64,000 bases of DNA from Candidatus Omnitrophota bacterium (GTDB lineage: Bacteria > Omnitrophota > Gorgyraeia > Gygaellales > Profunditerraquicolaceae), in NCBI GenBank assembly GCA_028716245.1, contig JAQUQW010000004.1:4630-68629 (forward strand), in the 5' to 3' direction. The notes below the pieces were generated by a model. It did no database searches and was not told where the DNA came from. It was given only the letters and a program-made list of their open reading frames with translations. The position numbers were made by a program, and so were the translations under genes. This document shows positions 18,425 to 29,459 of this stretch, piece after piece. Each line of letters opens with the position of its first letter. Positions within the stretch are counted from its first letter, which is position 1.

Positions 18425-19237
18425 TTATCTTAAGGGCAGGATTAACTGAATTATCCTGTGTCCCCAAAATAAAGACAACAAAGCCGCTGTCGAAAGAAAC
18501 GGGCCGTATGGTATAGTGTGGTCTTTTTTGGTAACCAGGGTTACGATACCAAAAACTATTCCTAAAAACGGGGCCAGGAAAAATGTAAGTAAAGCCATTT
18601 TCCAGCCCATAAACGCGCCGATCATCGCCAAGAGTTTTACATCCCCGCCGCCCATCGATTCGGTTTCTCCGCTGATTGCCGGGCGCTTCAGCAGCTTAAA
18701 ATAAACCAGGTCAAAAATAGCGCCGGTCAAATAGATGATCCCGCCGCCGATGATAATACCCAATAAAGACCGCAGCATAGGAATAAAAGAAAATTTGAGC
18801 GGGCCGAAGGTAAAACCGGTTATGGAAACCATAATAAAACCGATAATCATGCCCCCTACCGATACTTCATCGGGAATAATCCGGTGGGGAATGTCCACGA
18901 AAGTGGCGATAATTAAACCCCAGAGCATAACCATAAACAAAAAGAAATTATAACTTAAGCCAAAATGATTAAACAGCGCTACCATCAAAAAAGCGGTTAA
19001 CAGTTCAACCAAAGGATAACGCCAGGAGATCTTCTCTTTACAAAAACGGCACCTTCCCCCAAGCAGTATGAAACTTACCAGAGGAATATTATCATAACCG
19101 GGTATCCTCTTGCGGCATTTCGGGCAATGCGAACGCGGCCAGACCACGGATTCGCTTTTAGGCATACGATGGATGCAAACGTTTAAAAAACTTCCGACAA
19201 TAGAACCAAAAATAAAAACAATTATTTTGGCAATCAT
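18425..19237 (-). CDS. pilD: Type IV prepilin peptidase (A24 family, with the N-terminal zinc-binding CxxC...CxxC domain).
   Basis: CPKCRKRI...CRFCKEKI followed by polytopic TM helices with conserved Asp residues. Confidence 0.85.
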   Translation of the reverse strand: MIAKIIVFIFGSIVGSFLNVCIHRMPKSESVVWPRSHCPKCRKRIPGYDNIPLVSFILLGGRCRFCKEKISWRYPLVELLTAFLMVALFNHFGLSYNFFLFMVMLWGLIIATFVDIPHRIIPDEVSVGGMIIGFIMVSITGFTFGPLKFSFIPMLRSLLGIIIGGGIIYLTGAIFDLVYFKLLKRPAISGETESMGGGDVKLLAMIGAFMGWKMALLTFFLAPFLGIVFGIVTLVTKKDHTIPYGPFLSTAALLSLFWGHRIIQLILPLR

Positions 19238-20085
19238 GATTTCTTTACTCCTTTCAAAAGCGCCTCTTGCATCGTCTTAATCGGGGCTTTTCTACCGCTG
19301 AAATGCTCGAAAGCAAAAACCCCCTGGTATAAAAGCATGCCTAAGCCATTAGAAAAATTTAAATTGCGCTCTTTAGCCAAAGAAATGAGCTTAGTTTCGG
19401 GGGGATTATAGATAAGATCATAGACAAATAAACCTTTATGCAAATCTTGAGGATCAACCAGGCAGGGATCCGCCGGGCGCATCCCCACCGGAGAAGCATT
19501 AATTAACAGATCCTTATCCGCTATTTCCAAGTCTTCGATGCGCATGGCAACGTTGAATTTAGTTTTAGGAAAAACGGAGTTTAATTTTTTAAAAAGGCTC
19601 AAGCTCTTAAACTTGTCAATATCATAAATACAAAGTTCCTTGATTTTCATCTTGGCTAAGGCAAAACAAACCGCTTTAGAGGCTCCGCCTGCGCCGATTA
19701 TCGCAACCTTGCCGGACCTAACCTTCAATTCCTTAAGATGCGCGCTGAATCCCAGGTAATCCGTGTTAAAGCCTTTTAATTTAGCGCCCCTATCCACCAC
19801 CACGGTATTAGCCGCGCCAATCTCCTTTACAGCCAAAGACCGGCTGTTTAAAAAATCGAGGATGTCTTCTTTATAGGGATAAGTAACATTAAAACCCCGG
19901 ATATTATTTTTCTTTAAATTGCTTAAGAAATTTCCTAATTCTTCGGGCTTTAACTCAAATAACTTATATTTGGCATTTATTTTCAATTTAGAAAACGCGG
20001 CATTGTGCATACAAGGAGAGAGGCTGTGTTTGACGGGAAAACCTACTAAACCGTAAAGTCTCGGTTTTAAGGGTTTTAAGGTCAT
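19234..20085 (-). CDS. aroE: Shikimate dehydrogenase.
   Basis: YGLVGFPVKHSLSP N-terminal motif, GAGGASKAV Rossmann motif, and NAT.VG. Confidence 0.85.
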   Translation of the reverse strand: MTLKPLKPRLYGLVGFPVKHSLSPCMHNAAFSKLKINAKYKLFELKPEELGNFLSNLKKNNIRGFNVTYPYKEDILDFLNSRSLAVKEIGAANTVVVDRGAKLKGFNTDYLGFSAHLKELKVRSGKVAIIGAGGASKAVCFALAKMKIKELCIYDIDKFKSLSLFKKLNSVFPKTKFNVAMRIEDLEIADKDLLINASPVGMRPADPCLVDPQDLHKGLFVYDLIYNPPETKLISLAKERNLNFSNGLGMLLYQGVFAFEHFSGRKAPIKTMQEALLKGVKKS

Positions 20086-21590
20086 TTATTTTCGAGTTTG
20101 TTTGCGGCATCAATGTACGCCTTGACCGCCGCTTCGATAATATCCGTGCTTGAGCCGCGTCCGCTGACAATAGAATCTTTTACCTTTAGCCTGAGGCTAA
20201 CCTGGCCCAAAGCATCCTTTCCGGAGGTAACCGCCTCCAGGCGAAAATCTTCCAGTTTTGCTTTATAACCGGTGATCTTATCGATGGCTTTAAAACAGGC
20301 ATCCACCGGGCCGTCACCGGAAGAAACTCCGGATATATCTTTACCGCCTTTAATCAATATAACCTGGGCCCGAGGCTTAATCTTGGTGCCGGAATTAATT
20401 TCAAAACTATCCAGCTTCCAGACAGGCTTGGCAACGCGGATTTCATCCTCGACAATCGCCCTGAGATCTTCATCAAAAATATCTTTTTTCTTATCGGATA
20501 AATCTTTAAAGCGGACAAAAGCTTTATCCACCTGGTCCTTGTTTAAATGAAAACCTAATTTTATCAATCTTTCATTAAAAGCGTGCCGGCCGGAATGCTT
20601 GCCCAAAACCATCCCCTCGACGACAAAGCCCACGTCTTCACCGCGGATAATTTCATAAGTAGAACGCTCCTTAAGCACGCCATCCTGATGGATGCCGGAC
20701 TCATGCCTGAAGGCATTGCCTCCGACAATAGCTTTATTCGGAGCGACCGCAAAACCGGTAAGCTTGCTTACCAGGCGGCTGGCCTTATAAATATTCTTTT
20801 TATTTATACCGGTTTTTAAACCGCAATATACGTCTTTGCGCGTATCAATGCTCATCACGATTTCTTCAAGAGAAGCGTTCCCGGCGCGTTCTCCGATGCC
20901 GTTAATCGTGCATTCCACCTGCCGGGCGCCGTTTTTGACCGCCGACAAAGAATTAGCAACTGCTAAACCTAAATCATTGTGGCAATGCACGGAGATAACC
21001 GCCTTATCGATATTAGGGACATTGTTCTTGATTGCCTGGATCAGCCTGCCGCATTCTTCAGGCTCGCTGTAACCTACCGTATCCGGGATATTCACGGTAG
21101 TTGCCCCGGCTTTGATTACCGCTTCCACCACCTGAAAAAGAAAATCTTTTTCCGTGCGCGAGGCATCCTCCGGAGAAAATTCGATATCCGGACAAAATTT
21201 TTTGGCATAGCTTACCGACTCCACAGCCAGGCGGATAATTTCATCTTCGGCTTTTTTTAGCTTATATTGCATATGGATTTTCGATGTCGCCAAAAACACG
21301 TGGATCCGCGGCCTGCGGGCAGGTTTAGTTGCTTCTACCGCCGCATCGATATCTTTTTTGATTGCCCGGGCCAGGCCACAGATAATCGGAAGCTTAATGC
21401 TTTTGGCTACCGCCTCTACCGCGGCAAAATCACCCTTGGAAGAAATGGGAAATCCCGCCTCAATAACATCGACTCCCAGATTTTCCAGAGCCCAGGCCAC
21501 CTCCAGCTTTTCTTTATGATTCAAAGAAGCCCCCGGCGCCTGCTCCCCGTCCCTTAAAGTTGTATCGAATATAATTATTTCCTCTGACAT
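20082..21590 (-). CDS. leuA: 2-Isopropylmalate synthase / (R)-citramalate synthase family (LeuA short form with C-terminal LeuA-dimer regulatory domain).
   Basis: [28 protein letters not shown], and the C-terminal regulatory domain. 502 aa. Confidence 0.8.
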   Translation of the reverse strand: MSEEIIIFDTTLRDGEQAPGASLNHKEKLEVAWALENLGVDVIEAGFPISSKGDFAAVEAVAKSIKLPIICGLARAIKKDIDAAVEATKPARRPRIHVFLATSKIHMQYKLKKAEDEIIRLAVESVSYAKKFCPDIEFSPEDASRTEKDFLFQVVEAVIKAGATTVNIPDTVGYSEPEECGRLIQAIKNNVPNIDKAVISVHCHNDLGLAVANSLSAVKNGARQVECTINGIGERAGNASLEEIVMSIDTRKDVYCGLKTGINKKNIYKASRLVSKLTGFAVAPNKAIVGGNAFRHESGIHQDGVLKERSTYEIIRGEDVGFVVEGMVLGKHSGRHAFNERLIKLGFHLNKDQVDKAFVRFKDLSDKKKDIFDEDLRAIVEDEIRVAKPVWKLDSFEINSGTKIKPRAQVILIKGGKDISGVSSGDGPVDACFKAIDKITGYKAKLEDFRLEAVTSGKDALGQVSLRLKVKDSIVSGRGSSTDIIEAAVKAYIDAANKLENK

Positions 21591-21593
21591 AAC

Positions 21594-22178
21594 CTATTTT
21601 AGCACAAGTGAACTAACTGTTGCCTGGAACTCCTTTAAATTATCATCGAAATTGGCTGTTGTGCCGCTGCAATAAAGAAAATATGCGGTATTATTCTTTA
21701 TAAAAATATAAACTGAGTTCTTCAAATTACTTTCAAGGCGGCCTTTATAATCTCCCACGCTTATATCTTTACCGCCTTCGAATATAAAATTTACCCCCTC
21801 TTGGCCATCGTGTGTAAATATCGCTGGCTCTTTTATGATTTTCAAATCTTTAAAAATTGTTTTTAAGCTTAAAACTTGAGCGTTTGCGACTTCCAGCGGT
21901 GTTTTAAATTTTGTAAGTGCCAACGGCCCGGCCACCAGAGAAATAAAACATTCATTTGGCGAGTTAAGCGGGTTTGGGCTAAATACCACCAAAGGCCCGG
22001 ATCGATTGGTTTCTTTAGACGTAGCAAACCAGCCTTGCGGACCGGTTATCCTTATTCCCAATTCTTTATTTTCGTAAGTAAACGGCCTTTTAGACTGATC
22101 TTGGGCTATTGCCGAAGACAAGAAAAGTAAAAAGAAAAAACCGCTTATTATAAAAATCTTTTTTTTCTTGTTGAACAT
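21594..22178 (-). CDS. Secreted hypothetical protein (signal peptide plus a ~170-aa domain of unknown function).
   Basis: N-terminal KKKK-hydrophobic-AIAQ signal peptide. I recognise no domain. It sits 3 nt after leuA and 28 nt before ilvC. Confidence 0.4.
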   Translation of the reverse strand: MFNKKKKIFIISGFFFLLFLSSAIAQDQSKRPFTYENKELGIRITGPQGWFATSKETNRSGPLVVFSPNPLNSPNECFISLVAGPLALTKFKTPLEVANAQVLSLKTIFKDLKIIKEPAIFTHDGQEGVNFIFEGGKDISVGDYKGRLESNLKNSVYIFIKNNTAYFLYCSGTTANFDDNLKEFQATVSSLVLK

Positions 22179-22206
22179 ATTTATTATATATCATTAGGCT
22201 TATAAA

Positions 22207-23199
22207 CTACTTCTTCATCCAGGGCATCATTTCCCTTAATTGCTTCCCGACTTTTTCAATGAGATGGTCATCGCCGGCTTTGATTAAGCTGTCAAAACTC
22301 TTGCGGCCGGTTTCATTTTCCTTAATCCATTCTCTGGCGAATTTTCCGGATTTAATTTCCTTAAGAATTTTTTGCATTTCCTTGCGCGTTTTTTGCGTGA
22401 TGATCCTGGGCCCGCGGGTTAAATCACCGTAACAGGCGGTATTGGAAACTCCCCGGCGCATCCCGGAAATACCGCGTTCCTGGATAAGGTCGGTGATCAA
22501 CTTTAACTCGTGTAAAACCTCAAAATAAGCAATCTCCGGCTGATAGCCGGCGTCAATTAAAGTATCAAAACCGGCTTTAATCAGTTCACTGACTCCGCCG
22601 CAGAGCACTGCCTGCTCACCAAAAAGATCAGTCTCGGTCTCCTCATCAAAAGTCGTTTCAATTACGCCTGCGGTTGTGGCCTTAAGTGCTTTGGCGTAAG
22701 CCAACGCTAAATTTTTTGCCTGGCCGCTGGCATCCTGATAAATCGCGATTAATGAAGGCACGCCTTTGCCCTCTTCATACATTTTCCTCACTAAAGCCCC
22801 GGGGCCTTTGGGCGCCACCATAAATACGTCGACATTCTTCGGAGGCTTAATTTGCTTAAAACGGATATTAAAACCGTGAGAAAAACAAAGCGCCTTGCTT
22901 TTTTTTAAATTCGGCTTGATTGATTCCTGATAAACTTTGGCCTGCACATGGTCCTGGGTAAGGATCTGGATGATGTCGGCAGCTTTTGCCGCTTCGGCGG
23001 CGCTAACCGGAGTAAATCCATCTTTCTTTGCCTGTTCAAAATTAGGAGTGCCTTGCATTTCAGAAACTACCACCCTGACCCCTGAATCGCGTAAACATAA
23101 GGATTGGCCGCGGCCCTGTATGCCATAACCGATAATGGCGACGGTTTTATCCTTTAGTAAATTTAAATCCGCGTCTTTGTCATAATAAATCTTAGCCAT
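22207..23199 (-). CDS. ilvC: Ketol-acid reductoisomerase.
   Basis: 330 aa class I KARI (GYGIQGRGQ..., Mg-binding D/E cluster). Confidence 0.95.
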   Translation of the reverse strand: MAKIYYDKDADLNLLKDKTVAIIGYGIQGRGQSLCLRDSGVRVVVSEMQGTPNFEQAKKDGFTPVSAAEAAKAADIIQILTQDHVQAKVYQESIKPNLKKSKALCFSHGFNIRFKQIKPPKNVDVFMVAPKGPGALVRKMYEEGKGVPSLIAIYQDASGQAKNLALAYAKALKATTAGVIETTFDEETETDLFGEQAVLCGGVSELIKAGFDTLIDAGYQPEIAYFEVLHELKLITDLIQERGISGMRRGVSNTACYGDLTRGPRIITQKTRKEMQKILKEIKSGKFAREWIKENETGRKSFDSLIKAGDDHLIEKVGKQLREMMPWMKK

Positions 23200-23217
23200 T
23201 GCTAAACCTCCCTTTTA

Positions 23218-23261
23218 TTAGGGACAGCGACCATTTTTACAAAAATGGTCGCTGTCCCTAA
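23218..23261. repeat. Perfect 21-bp inverted repeat (hairpin) in the ilvN-ilvC spacer: TTAGGGACAGCGACCATTTTT-ac-AAAAATGGTCGCTGTCCCTAA.
   Basis: Read directly. There is no downstream U-run on the coding (minus) strand, and the ilvC RBS (GGGAGG) follows. Confidence 0.6.
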
Positions 23262-23265
23262 TTAA

Positions 23266-23736
23266 TTACTCGATTGCCAATTTTCCTGTCCTGACTAACT
23301 CCTTGATCCCGAATTTATTCAACTCTTCCAAAAGCGCTTTTATCTGATGCTCATCCCCCACCGCCTCGACAATGGCGGTATCGGCTTTATGCTGAATGAT
23401 CTTGCCCACGAACTTATCAAAGATCGCCTCAAGTTTAGGTTTATCCTTTGGCGCGTAATTTATCTTTGCCAAAACCAGTTCGCGGTCGATATGTTCCTTC
23501 TTGGTAAAATCCGTAACCGTAATCACGTCGATTAATTTATTCAACTGTTTATTGATTTGCTCTAAAACTTTCTCATCGCGAGCCTCAACTACAATAGTCA
23601 TATAGGATATGGAAGGATCTAAAGTTTCACTAACCGCTAAAGACGCGATATTATAGCCTCGGGCGCTAAAAAGCCCGGCCACCCGCGCTAATACGCCGAA
23701 TTTATTCTCAACTAATACTGATATGGTATGGCGCAT
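23266..23736 (-). CDS. ilvN: Acetolactate synthase small (regulatory, ACT) subunit.
   Basis: ISVLVENKFGVLARVAGLFSARGYNI ACT-domain signature. 156 aa. Confidence 0.9.
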   Translation of the reverse strand: MRHTISVLVENKFGVLARVAGLFSARGYNIASLAVSETLDPSISYMTIVVEARDEKVLEQINKQLNKLIDVITVTDFTKKEHIDRELVLAKINYAPKDKPKLEAIFDKFVGKIIQHKADTAIVEAVGDEHQIKALLEELNKFGIKELVRTGKLAIE

Positions 23737-25403
23737 TATGCTAATCCTTCAATCATTTCGTTTATCGCTTTTCCCGCCGGGACCATCGGATAAACATTCT
23801 CTTGCGGCTCGATACGGAAATCGATAAACACGGTATTATCCGTCTCTATTGCTTTCTGTAATGCCGCGCGGACTTCGGTTTTTTTGGTTACCCGGATCCC
23901 TACCGCTCCATAACTCTGCGCCAGCATTACATAATCCGGGCTGGAAATCGGGGTGAAAGAATAACGTTTCTTGTAAAATAATTCCTGCCATTGCCTGACC
24001 ATGCCCAGAAACCCGTTATTAAATATTAATACTTTCACATTTATTTTGTTAGCCACGCAAGTACCCAGCTCCTGGATATTCATCTGAATCGAACCGTCTC
24101 CGGCAATATTAAAAACTTCTTTTTCCGGGCAGCCTAATTTCGCGCCCATTGCCGCGGGAAATCCAAACCCCATTGTCCCCAATCCGCCGCTTGAAATAAA
24201 TGTACGGGGAGTTAGGTATTTATACCATTGGCATGCCCACATCTGGCTCTGGCCTACTTCGGTGCAAATTACCGCCTCCCCTTTAGTTAAATCCCAAAGC
24301 TGCTCAAGGATATACTGCGGCTTAATCATCGCGCTATCATCTTTATAAGTCAATGGGTGCTTCTTTTTCCAGGCTCCCACCGTTTTAAACCATTCCGCGG
24401 TATCCGGAAGCTTCTTAATTTCAGTAATGAGCTGCTTAAGAATATTCTTGGCGTCTCCGACGATCGGCACATCTACCCGGATATTTTTACTAATCGATGA
24501 AGGATCAATATCAATATGGATAATTTTTGCCCCGGGAGCAAACGCGTCTAACCTGCCGGTTACCCGGTCATCAAAACGCGCTCCTATGGCAATGATTAAA
24601 TCCGATTCCATGACCGCGTGGTTAGCGTAGGCAGTGCCATGCATACCCAGCATGCCTAAGAATAATTTATGCGTTCCGCAGAAACCGCCTAATCCCATAA
24701 AAGTAGTGGTTACCGGTGCCTGGATTTTCTCCGCCAGTTTTTTTAATTCCAGGTCCGCTCCGGAAGTAATTATCCCGCCGCCGGCGTAAATAATCGGTTT
24801 CTTGCTGTCCGAAATTAATTTTGCCGCTTTCTTAATCTGTCCCGGATGGCCGAAATAAGTCGGCTGGTAACTGCGTATATTTATTTTTTCCGGCCAAATA
24901 AATTCCGTCTCCGCCCTCTGAATATCCACGGGAATATCAATAAGCACCGGGCCCGGCCGTCCGCTTGAGGCAATATAAAACGCCTCAGCGATGATCCGCG
25001 CTAAATCCCTAACATCTTTAACTAGAAAATTATGTTTGGTTATGGGACGGGTAATTCCGGTTACATCTGCTTCCTGAAAAGCGTCATTGCCGATTAAATG
25101 CGTGCCAACCTGGCCGGTTATGGCGACCATCGGAATTGAATCCATATAAGCAGTAGCAATTCCTGTGACAAGGTTCGTCGCGCCCGGGCCGCTGGTAGCC
25201 AGGCAAACTCCCACTTTACCGGTTGAGCGGGCATAGCCATCCGCGGCGTGCGCGGCTCCCTGTTCGTGCCGGGTTAAAATAAATTTAATATCGAAATCAT
25301 AAAGCTGGTCAAATATAGGTAAAACCTGGCCCCCGGGATAACCAAAGATTACCTCAGCCCCCGCCCGCTTTAAAGATTCTAATAATATCCTTGCGCCAAC
25401 CAT
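23736..25403 (-). CDS. ilvB: Acetolactate synthase large subunit (TPP/FAD).
   Basis: 555 aa. GDG...NN TPP motif (IAGDGSIQMNIQEL...NNGFLGMVRQWQ). Confidence 0.9.
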   Translation of the reverse strand: MVGARILLESLKRAGAEVIFGYPGGQVLPIFDQLYDFDIKFILTRHEQGAAHAADGYARSTGKVGVCLATSGPGATNLVTGIATAYMDSIPMVAITGQVGTHLIGNDAFQEADVTGITRPITKHNFLVKDVRDLARIIAEAFYIASSGRPGPVLIDIPVDIQRAETEFIWPEKINIRSYQPTYFGHPGQIKKAAKLISDSKKPIIYAGGGIITSGADLELKKLAEKIQAPVTTTFMGLGGFCGTHKLFLGMLGMHGTAYANHAVMESDLIIAIGARFDDRVTGRLDAFAPGAKIIHIDIDPSSISKNIRVDVPIVGDAKNILKQLITEIKKLPDTAEWFKTVGAWKKKHPLTYKDDSAMIKPQYILEQLWDLTKGEAVICTEVGQSQMWACQWYKYLTPRTFISSGGLGTMGFGFPAAMGAKLGCPEKEVFNIAGDGSIQMNIQELGTCVANKINVKVLIFNNGFLGMVRQWQELFYKKRYSFTPISSPDYVMLAQSYGAVGIRVTKKTEVRAALQKAIETDNTVFIDFRIEPQENVYPMVPAGKAINEMIEGLA

Positions 25404-25404
25404 C

Positions 25405-27057
25405 TTACTTTAATATCGCTCCTTTATCCGCTGAAGTCACTAACCTGGAATAACGGGACAAATATCCAGTCTTAATTTTTGGCTCAACCGGTTTCCAGCC
25501 CTTAAATCTTTTGCCTATCTCACCCTTACTTAATTTGACTTCAAGTTTGCGATTTGGAATATCAATGTTTAACATATCACCGTCTTTAATAATCGCAATC
25601 GGCCCGCCTGCCGAAGCCTCCGGCGAGATATGGCCAATACAGGGGCCTTTGGTCCCGCCTGAAAAACGGCCATCGGTAATTAAGGCCACCGAATCGCTCA
25701 AACCCAATCCTACAATCGCCGCCGTAGGAGCCAGCATCTCCCGCATTCCCGGGCCGCCGGCAGGCCCTTCATAACGGATAACAATGCAATCGCCTTTTTT
25801 GATTTTATTATTCATGATCGCCCGCATTGCTTCTTCTTCACGGTTAAATACGCGGGCCCGGCCGCTAAACTTCATCATCTTCGCACTCACCCCGGACTGC
25901 TTGACCACCGCGCCGTTTGGCGCGATATTACCGTATAGAACTGCAATGCCGCCTTGTTTATGATAGGCGCCGGAGAAAGGACGAATTACCTCCTCATCAA
26001 AAATAGTCGCGCTAGCGGCGATCGCAAATGTTTTCTGGCCGTTTACATTTAAAGTATTATTCAATTTGGATTTTAATCTTTTTAATACCGCCGGAATCCC
26101 GCCGGCATATTCCAGATCCTCCATAAAATGCTCGCCTGCCGGTTCAATGTTAGTGATATGCGGCACACTCTTGCTGATTTTATCAAATGTCTTTAAATCC
26201 AAATCAATACCGGCTTCATGGGCAATGCTCATTAAATGCAGGACAGTATTACTTGAACCGCCTAAGGCCATATCCACCACAATAGCATTTTCTAAAGATT
26301 CCCTGGTAATGATATCGCTTGGCTTAATATTTTTCTTCACCAACTCCACAATCCGCTCACCGCTGGCCTGGGCAATCCTACGTTTCTTGGCCGAGCCTGC
26401 CAAAGCTGTGCCACAACCGGGAATAGACATACCCATAGTCTCAGTTAAACAGGCCATAGTATTGGCAGTATATAGCCCCTGACATGAACCCTGGCCCGGG
26501 CAAGCTTCCATCTCTAAACATGAAAGTTCCGCCCCAGAGATATCGCCTTTCTTTGCCCTGGCCATTCCTTCAAAGGTATCGTGCACAAAAGCTAATTTTC
26601 TTTTATTGAACCTGCCGGAGAGCATCGGGCCGGCAGTAACGATAATTGCCGGAATATTCAGGCGCCTGGCCCCCATGAGCATACCCGGAGTAATTTTATC
26701 GCAGTTAGTCAAACAAATAATTCCGTCTAATTGGTGGGCGTTACAAACTGTTTCAATAGTATCGGCGACAATCTCGCGTAAAGCCAAAGGATAACACATA
26801 CCCAAATGCCCCATCGCGATCCCATCGCAGATACCCGGCACCCCGAATAAAAACGGCACGCCTCCGCCATAACAGACCCCGCGCTCAATAAATCTTTCCA
26901 AATCGCGCATCCCGACATGGCCGGGGATAAGATCAGTAAATGATGAGGCTACGCCGATAAACGGACGGCCTAAATCTTTTCTAGACAGGCCGGTAGCGTG
27001 CAAAAGCGCCCGATGCGGCACTCTATCTAAACCTTTTTTAATCTGGTCTGAACGCAT
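25405..27057 (-). CDS. ilvD: Dihydroxy-acid dehydratase.
   Basis: ILVD/EDD family motifs ([18 protein letters not shown]). Confidence 0.95.
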   Translation of the reverse strand: MRSDQIKKGLDRVPHRALLHATGLSRKDLGRPFIGVASSFTDLIPGHVGMRDLERFIERGVCYGGGVPFLFGVPGICDGIAMGHLGMCYPLALREIVADTIETVCNAHQLDGIICLTNCDKITPGMLMGARRLNIPAIIVTAGPMLSGRFNKRKLAFVHDTFEGMARAKKGDISGAELSCLEMEACPGQGSCQGLYTANTMACLTETMGMSIPGCGTALAGSAKKRRIAQASGERIVELVKKNIKPSDIITRESLENAIVVDMALGGSSNTVLHLMSIAHEAGIDLDLKTFDKISKSVPHITNIEPAGEHFMEDLEYAGGIPAVLKRLKSKLNNTLNVNGQKTFAIAASATIFDEEVIRPFSGAYHKQGGIAVLYGNIAPNGAVVKQSGVSAKMMKFSGRARVFNREEEAMRAIMNNKIKKGDCIVIRYEGPAGGPGMREMLAPTAAIVGLGLSDSVALITDGRFSGGTKGPCIGHISPEASAGGPIAIIKDGDMLNIDIPNRKLEVKLSKGEIGKRFKGWKPVEPKIKTGYLSRYSRLVTSADKGAILK

Positions 27058-27071
27058 AAGTTCTCTCCCTA

Positions 27072-28397
27072 TTAGTCAGCACCTTCTCCGTCATGAACTA
27101 CTCCGGGGGCATCCTTTCGTTTACGCGTAATTACCCGCTTTAAGGTAATATATTTATCTACAAGCGCGCGGTTGTTTACCGCGCCAAGCTGCTTAAAAAG
27201 AAAATCAAACTTGGCTTCGATCTCCGCGGCGATTTTATCACGTAAATCCTGCGCTAAAGACATGATCTCTTTCTTAAACGGCCCTAACGCCTTTTTACGG
27301 GCTTTATAAAAAAATTGTTCTTCGGTTTCTCCTTCTTTTCGCTCATTGGCAGCATTAACCTTTAACCACTCATAAATCTTATTCTTTAAATCCGCGGGAA
27401 AGTATTTGCTGTCAAACATCATATTCTGGAATCCGGTTGCCAAATGCACTTCCAAGGTGTTGTTCTCCGGGAATTTATGGAACATTTCTTCCGGTAAAGT
27501 AGAAGCGCCGTGCTGCACTGCTCCGCCGATGCCGAATTCTTTTTGGGCAATACCGGAAAGAGTATTTAAGGTACCGAAATCAAGTTTGACCTCGGCGATC
27601 GAGCCATCGGCCTTAACTACTCCGCCGTGGCTGGTCCCGGTCTGAACCGAGATCTTGCTTATACCGACTAAGCCTTTGCGTAACCTTTCTTTATAGCCTT
27701 CCATAAAGGCGCGCAGGTCTTCGGCGGTTGAATTCTGATGCCCTACCTCGCCAATCTCCCCGCCCACCGAAACCGTTATGCCTTTAGGTTGGATGCGGCG
27801 GATAAACTGGGTTAATTTCGCGCAGGACTCATAATTATCCTTCTGCTGTTTCTTAATATCCTTTTTAGATAAATCCACCAGCGTCGAGGAATCGATATCG
27901 ATGTTGTAGAAACCACCGTCAATGCTGTCGGCGATCATACTTTGCAGCGCCTCCAGCTCTTTATCCGGATTCTCCTGGAATTTCTTGGCATTAACCTGGC
28001 AATGATCAGCCTGGATAAATACCGGCCCGCTATAATTCTCCTTTATTGCCGCAGCCAGAACAACCGAAGTGTATTCAACCGGCGCTTGGGCCGTATAACC
28101 CATTTCAGATTTGGCAATCTCAAAAATAAATGCCCCGGAGTTATTCTTCTTGGCTGTTCTGAATATCGCCCGGGCTAAATCATAGGTCATACTGCGCAGG
28201 TTCATCGCCGGCACGGTAAAGGCGCTAAATTCACCCCTGCCGCGGGCGATATAAAGCTCATGAATACTGGAAGGATAAATTCCTTTTTTATAGGCGATAC
28301 CTAGGATCTTCTCGGCTAATTTCTTTTTTAGGATTACATCGTCGGTCAAGATTAAATCCATTACAACCTTATCAATTTCAAGCGGCTTTCTTCCCAT
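27072..28397 (-). CDS. Class II fructose/ketose-bisphosphate aldolase family protein (long 441-aa variant).
   Basis: Colinear with E. coli FbaA landmarks: PAMN, QADHCQ (cf. HTDHC), [10 protein letters not shown] (cf. NVHGVY) and [11 protein letters not shown] (cf. VFHGGSGS). Confidence 0.65.
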   Translation of the reverse strand: MGRKPLEIDKVVMDLILTDDVILKKKLAEKILGIAYKKGIYPSSIHELYIARGRGEFSAFTVPAMNLRSMTYDLARAIFRTAKKNNSGAFIFEIAKSEMGYTAQAPVEYTSVVLAAAIKENYSGPVFIQADHCQVNAKKFQENPDKELEALQSMIADSIDGGFYNIDIDSSTLVDLSKKDIKKQQKDNYESCAKLTQFIRRIQPKGITVSVGGEIGEVGHQNSTAEDLRAFMEGYKERLRKGLVGISKISVQTGTSHGGVVKADGSIAEVKLDFGTLNTLSGIAQKEFGIGGAVQHGASTLPEEMFHKFPENNTLEVHLATGFQNMMFDSKYFPADLKNKIYEWLKVNAANERKEGETEEQFFYKARKKALGPFKKEIMSLAQDLRDKIAAEIEAKFDFLFKQLGAVNNRALVDKYITLKRVITRKRKDAPGVVHDGEGAD

Positions 28398-28410
28398 TTT
28401 GATTCATCTC

Positions 28411-28496
28411 CTTGCCCACAAGGGCACACCCGCATTATAATCCGCCACGAGGCGGATACTGGCGCAATTCAATTAAGCGCCAGGTAGCGCGGGGCG
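28411..28496. repeat. REP-like GC-rich palindromic element, long variant: CTTGCCCACAAGGGCACACCCGC ... GCGCGGGGCG, with internal hairpins CCGCC-acga-GGCGG and CTGGCGC-aattcaattaa-GCGCCAG.
   Basis: It shares its flanks with the copies at 30729 and 36724. It lies in the aldolase-pfkA spacer. Confidence 0.5.
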
Positions 28497-28499
28497 CTA

Positions 28500-29459
28500 T
28501 CAAGTGAGCGCTTTAATTAAATTGTAAAAATTATTCACCTTTAATTCTTTTTTTCTTATGGCAATCTCAAAATTAACTTCGGTGATTTTTCCGCCGGTTA
28601 GCCCTAAAGCAATATCGGTTTTACCCGCAAGCAGACAATCAACCGCCGCCTTACCAAGACTTAAAGCCATATCCCGGCTAAAAGCCGTCGGACGGCCGCC
28701 TCTTTGCACATGGCCTAAAACTACTGTGCGGGTTTCTAATCCGGTCATATCGGTAATTTGTCTGGCAAGGTCATCGGCCTTACCCGCTCCTTCAGCCAGC
28801 ACGATAATCCAGCTCATTTTTCCGATCAGATTACCATGCACGATATCATGGCAAATCATGTTAAGATCTAATTCCTTCTCCGGAATGATTACATCCTCGC
28901 ATCCTCCGGCAAGGGCAACGGTCAAAGCAATAAAACCTGATTCCCTGCCCATTACCTCAACCACAAAGATCCGCTCCATACTGGTTGCGGTATCGCGAAT
29001 CTTATCAATAGCATCCAGGGCGGTATTGATTGCCGTATCCGTGCCGATAGTATAGTCTATACCATTGACATCATTATCAATAGAAGCCGCTATTCCAATA
29101 CAAGGAATATTGTATTTCTTATAAAACTCATGGGCAGCGGCAAAAGAACCATTGCCGCCGATAACAACCAAGCCATCAATATTATTTTTCTTAATTGTTG
29201 CATATGCCCGCTTCTGCCCCTCTTCAGTCCGAAACTCCGAACAGCGGGCAGTTTTTAAAACCGTCCCGCCCTGGCCGATAATGCCGGAGACAGAACGCTG
29301 ATTTAAAATTTTTAACTCCTCGTTAATTAACCCCCACCATCCGCGAAAAACACCCATTACTTCCAGTTTTTGATTAATTCCATAACGGACCACGGAACGG
29401 ATTGCCGGATTCATCCCCGGGGCATCGCCGCCGGTAGTCAAAACCGCGATTTTTTTCAT
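28500..29459 (-). CDS. pfkA: ATP-dependent 6-phosphofructokinase. The start is corrected to the ATG one codon downstream of the ORF-track TTG.
   Basis: GGDAPGMN, GGNGS, MGR motifs. 319 aa. It overlaps ahcY by 1 nt. Confidence 0.9.
   Translation of the reverse strand: MKKIAVLTTGGDAPGMNPAIRSVVRYGINQKLEVMGVFRGWWGLINEELKILNQRSVSGIIGQGGTVLKTARCSEFRTEEGQKRAYATIKKNNIDGLVVIGGNGSFAAAHEFYKKYNIPCIGIAASIDNDVNGIDYTIGTDTAINTALDAIDKIRDTATSMERIFVVEVMGRESGFIALTVALAGGCEDVIIPEKELDLNMICHDIVHGNLIGKMSWIIVLAEGAGKADDLARQITDMTGLETRTVVLGHVQRGGRPTAFSRDMALSLGKAAVDCLLAGKTDIALGLTGGKITEVNFEIAIRKKELKVNNFYNLIKALT

Noticed and set aside
20082-21590. Assignment of the 502-aa synthase as LeuA rather than the citramalate synthase CimA.
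   Set aside because: I cannot discriminate the two by eye; both share the catalytic and LeuA-dimer domains. I called it at family level.
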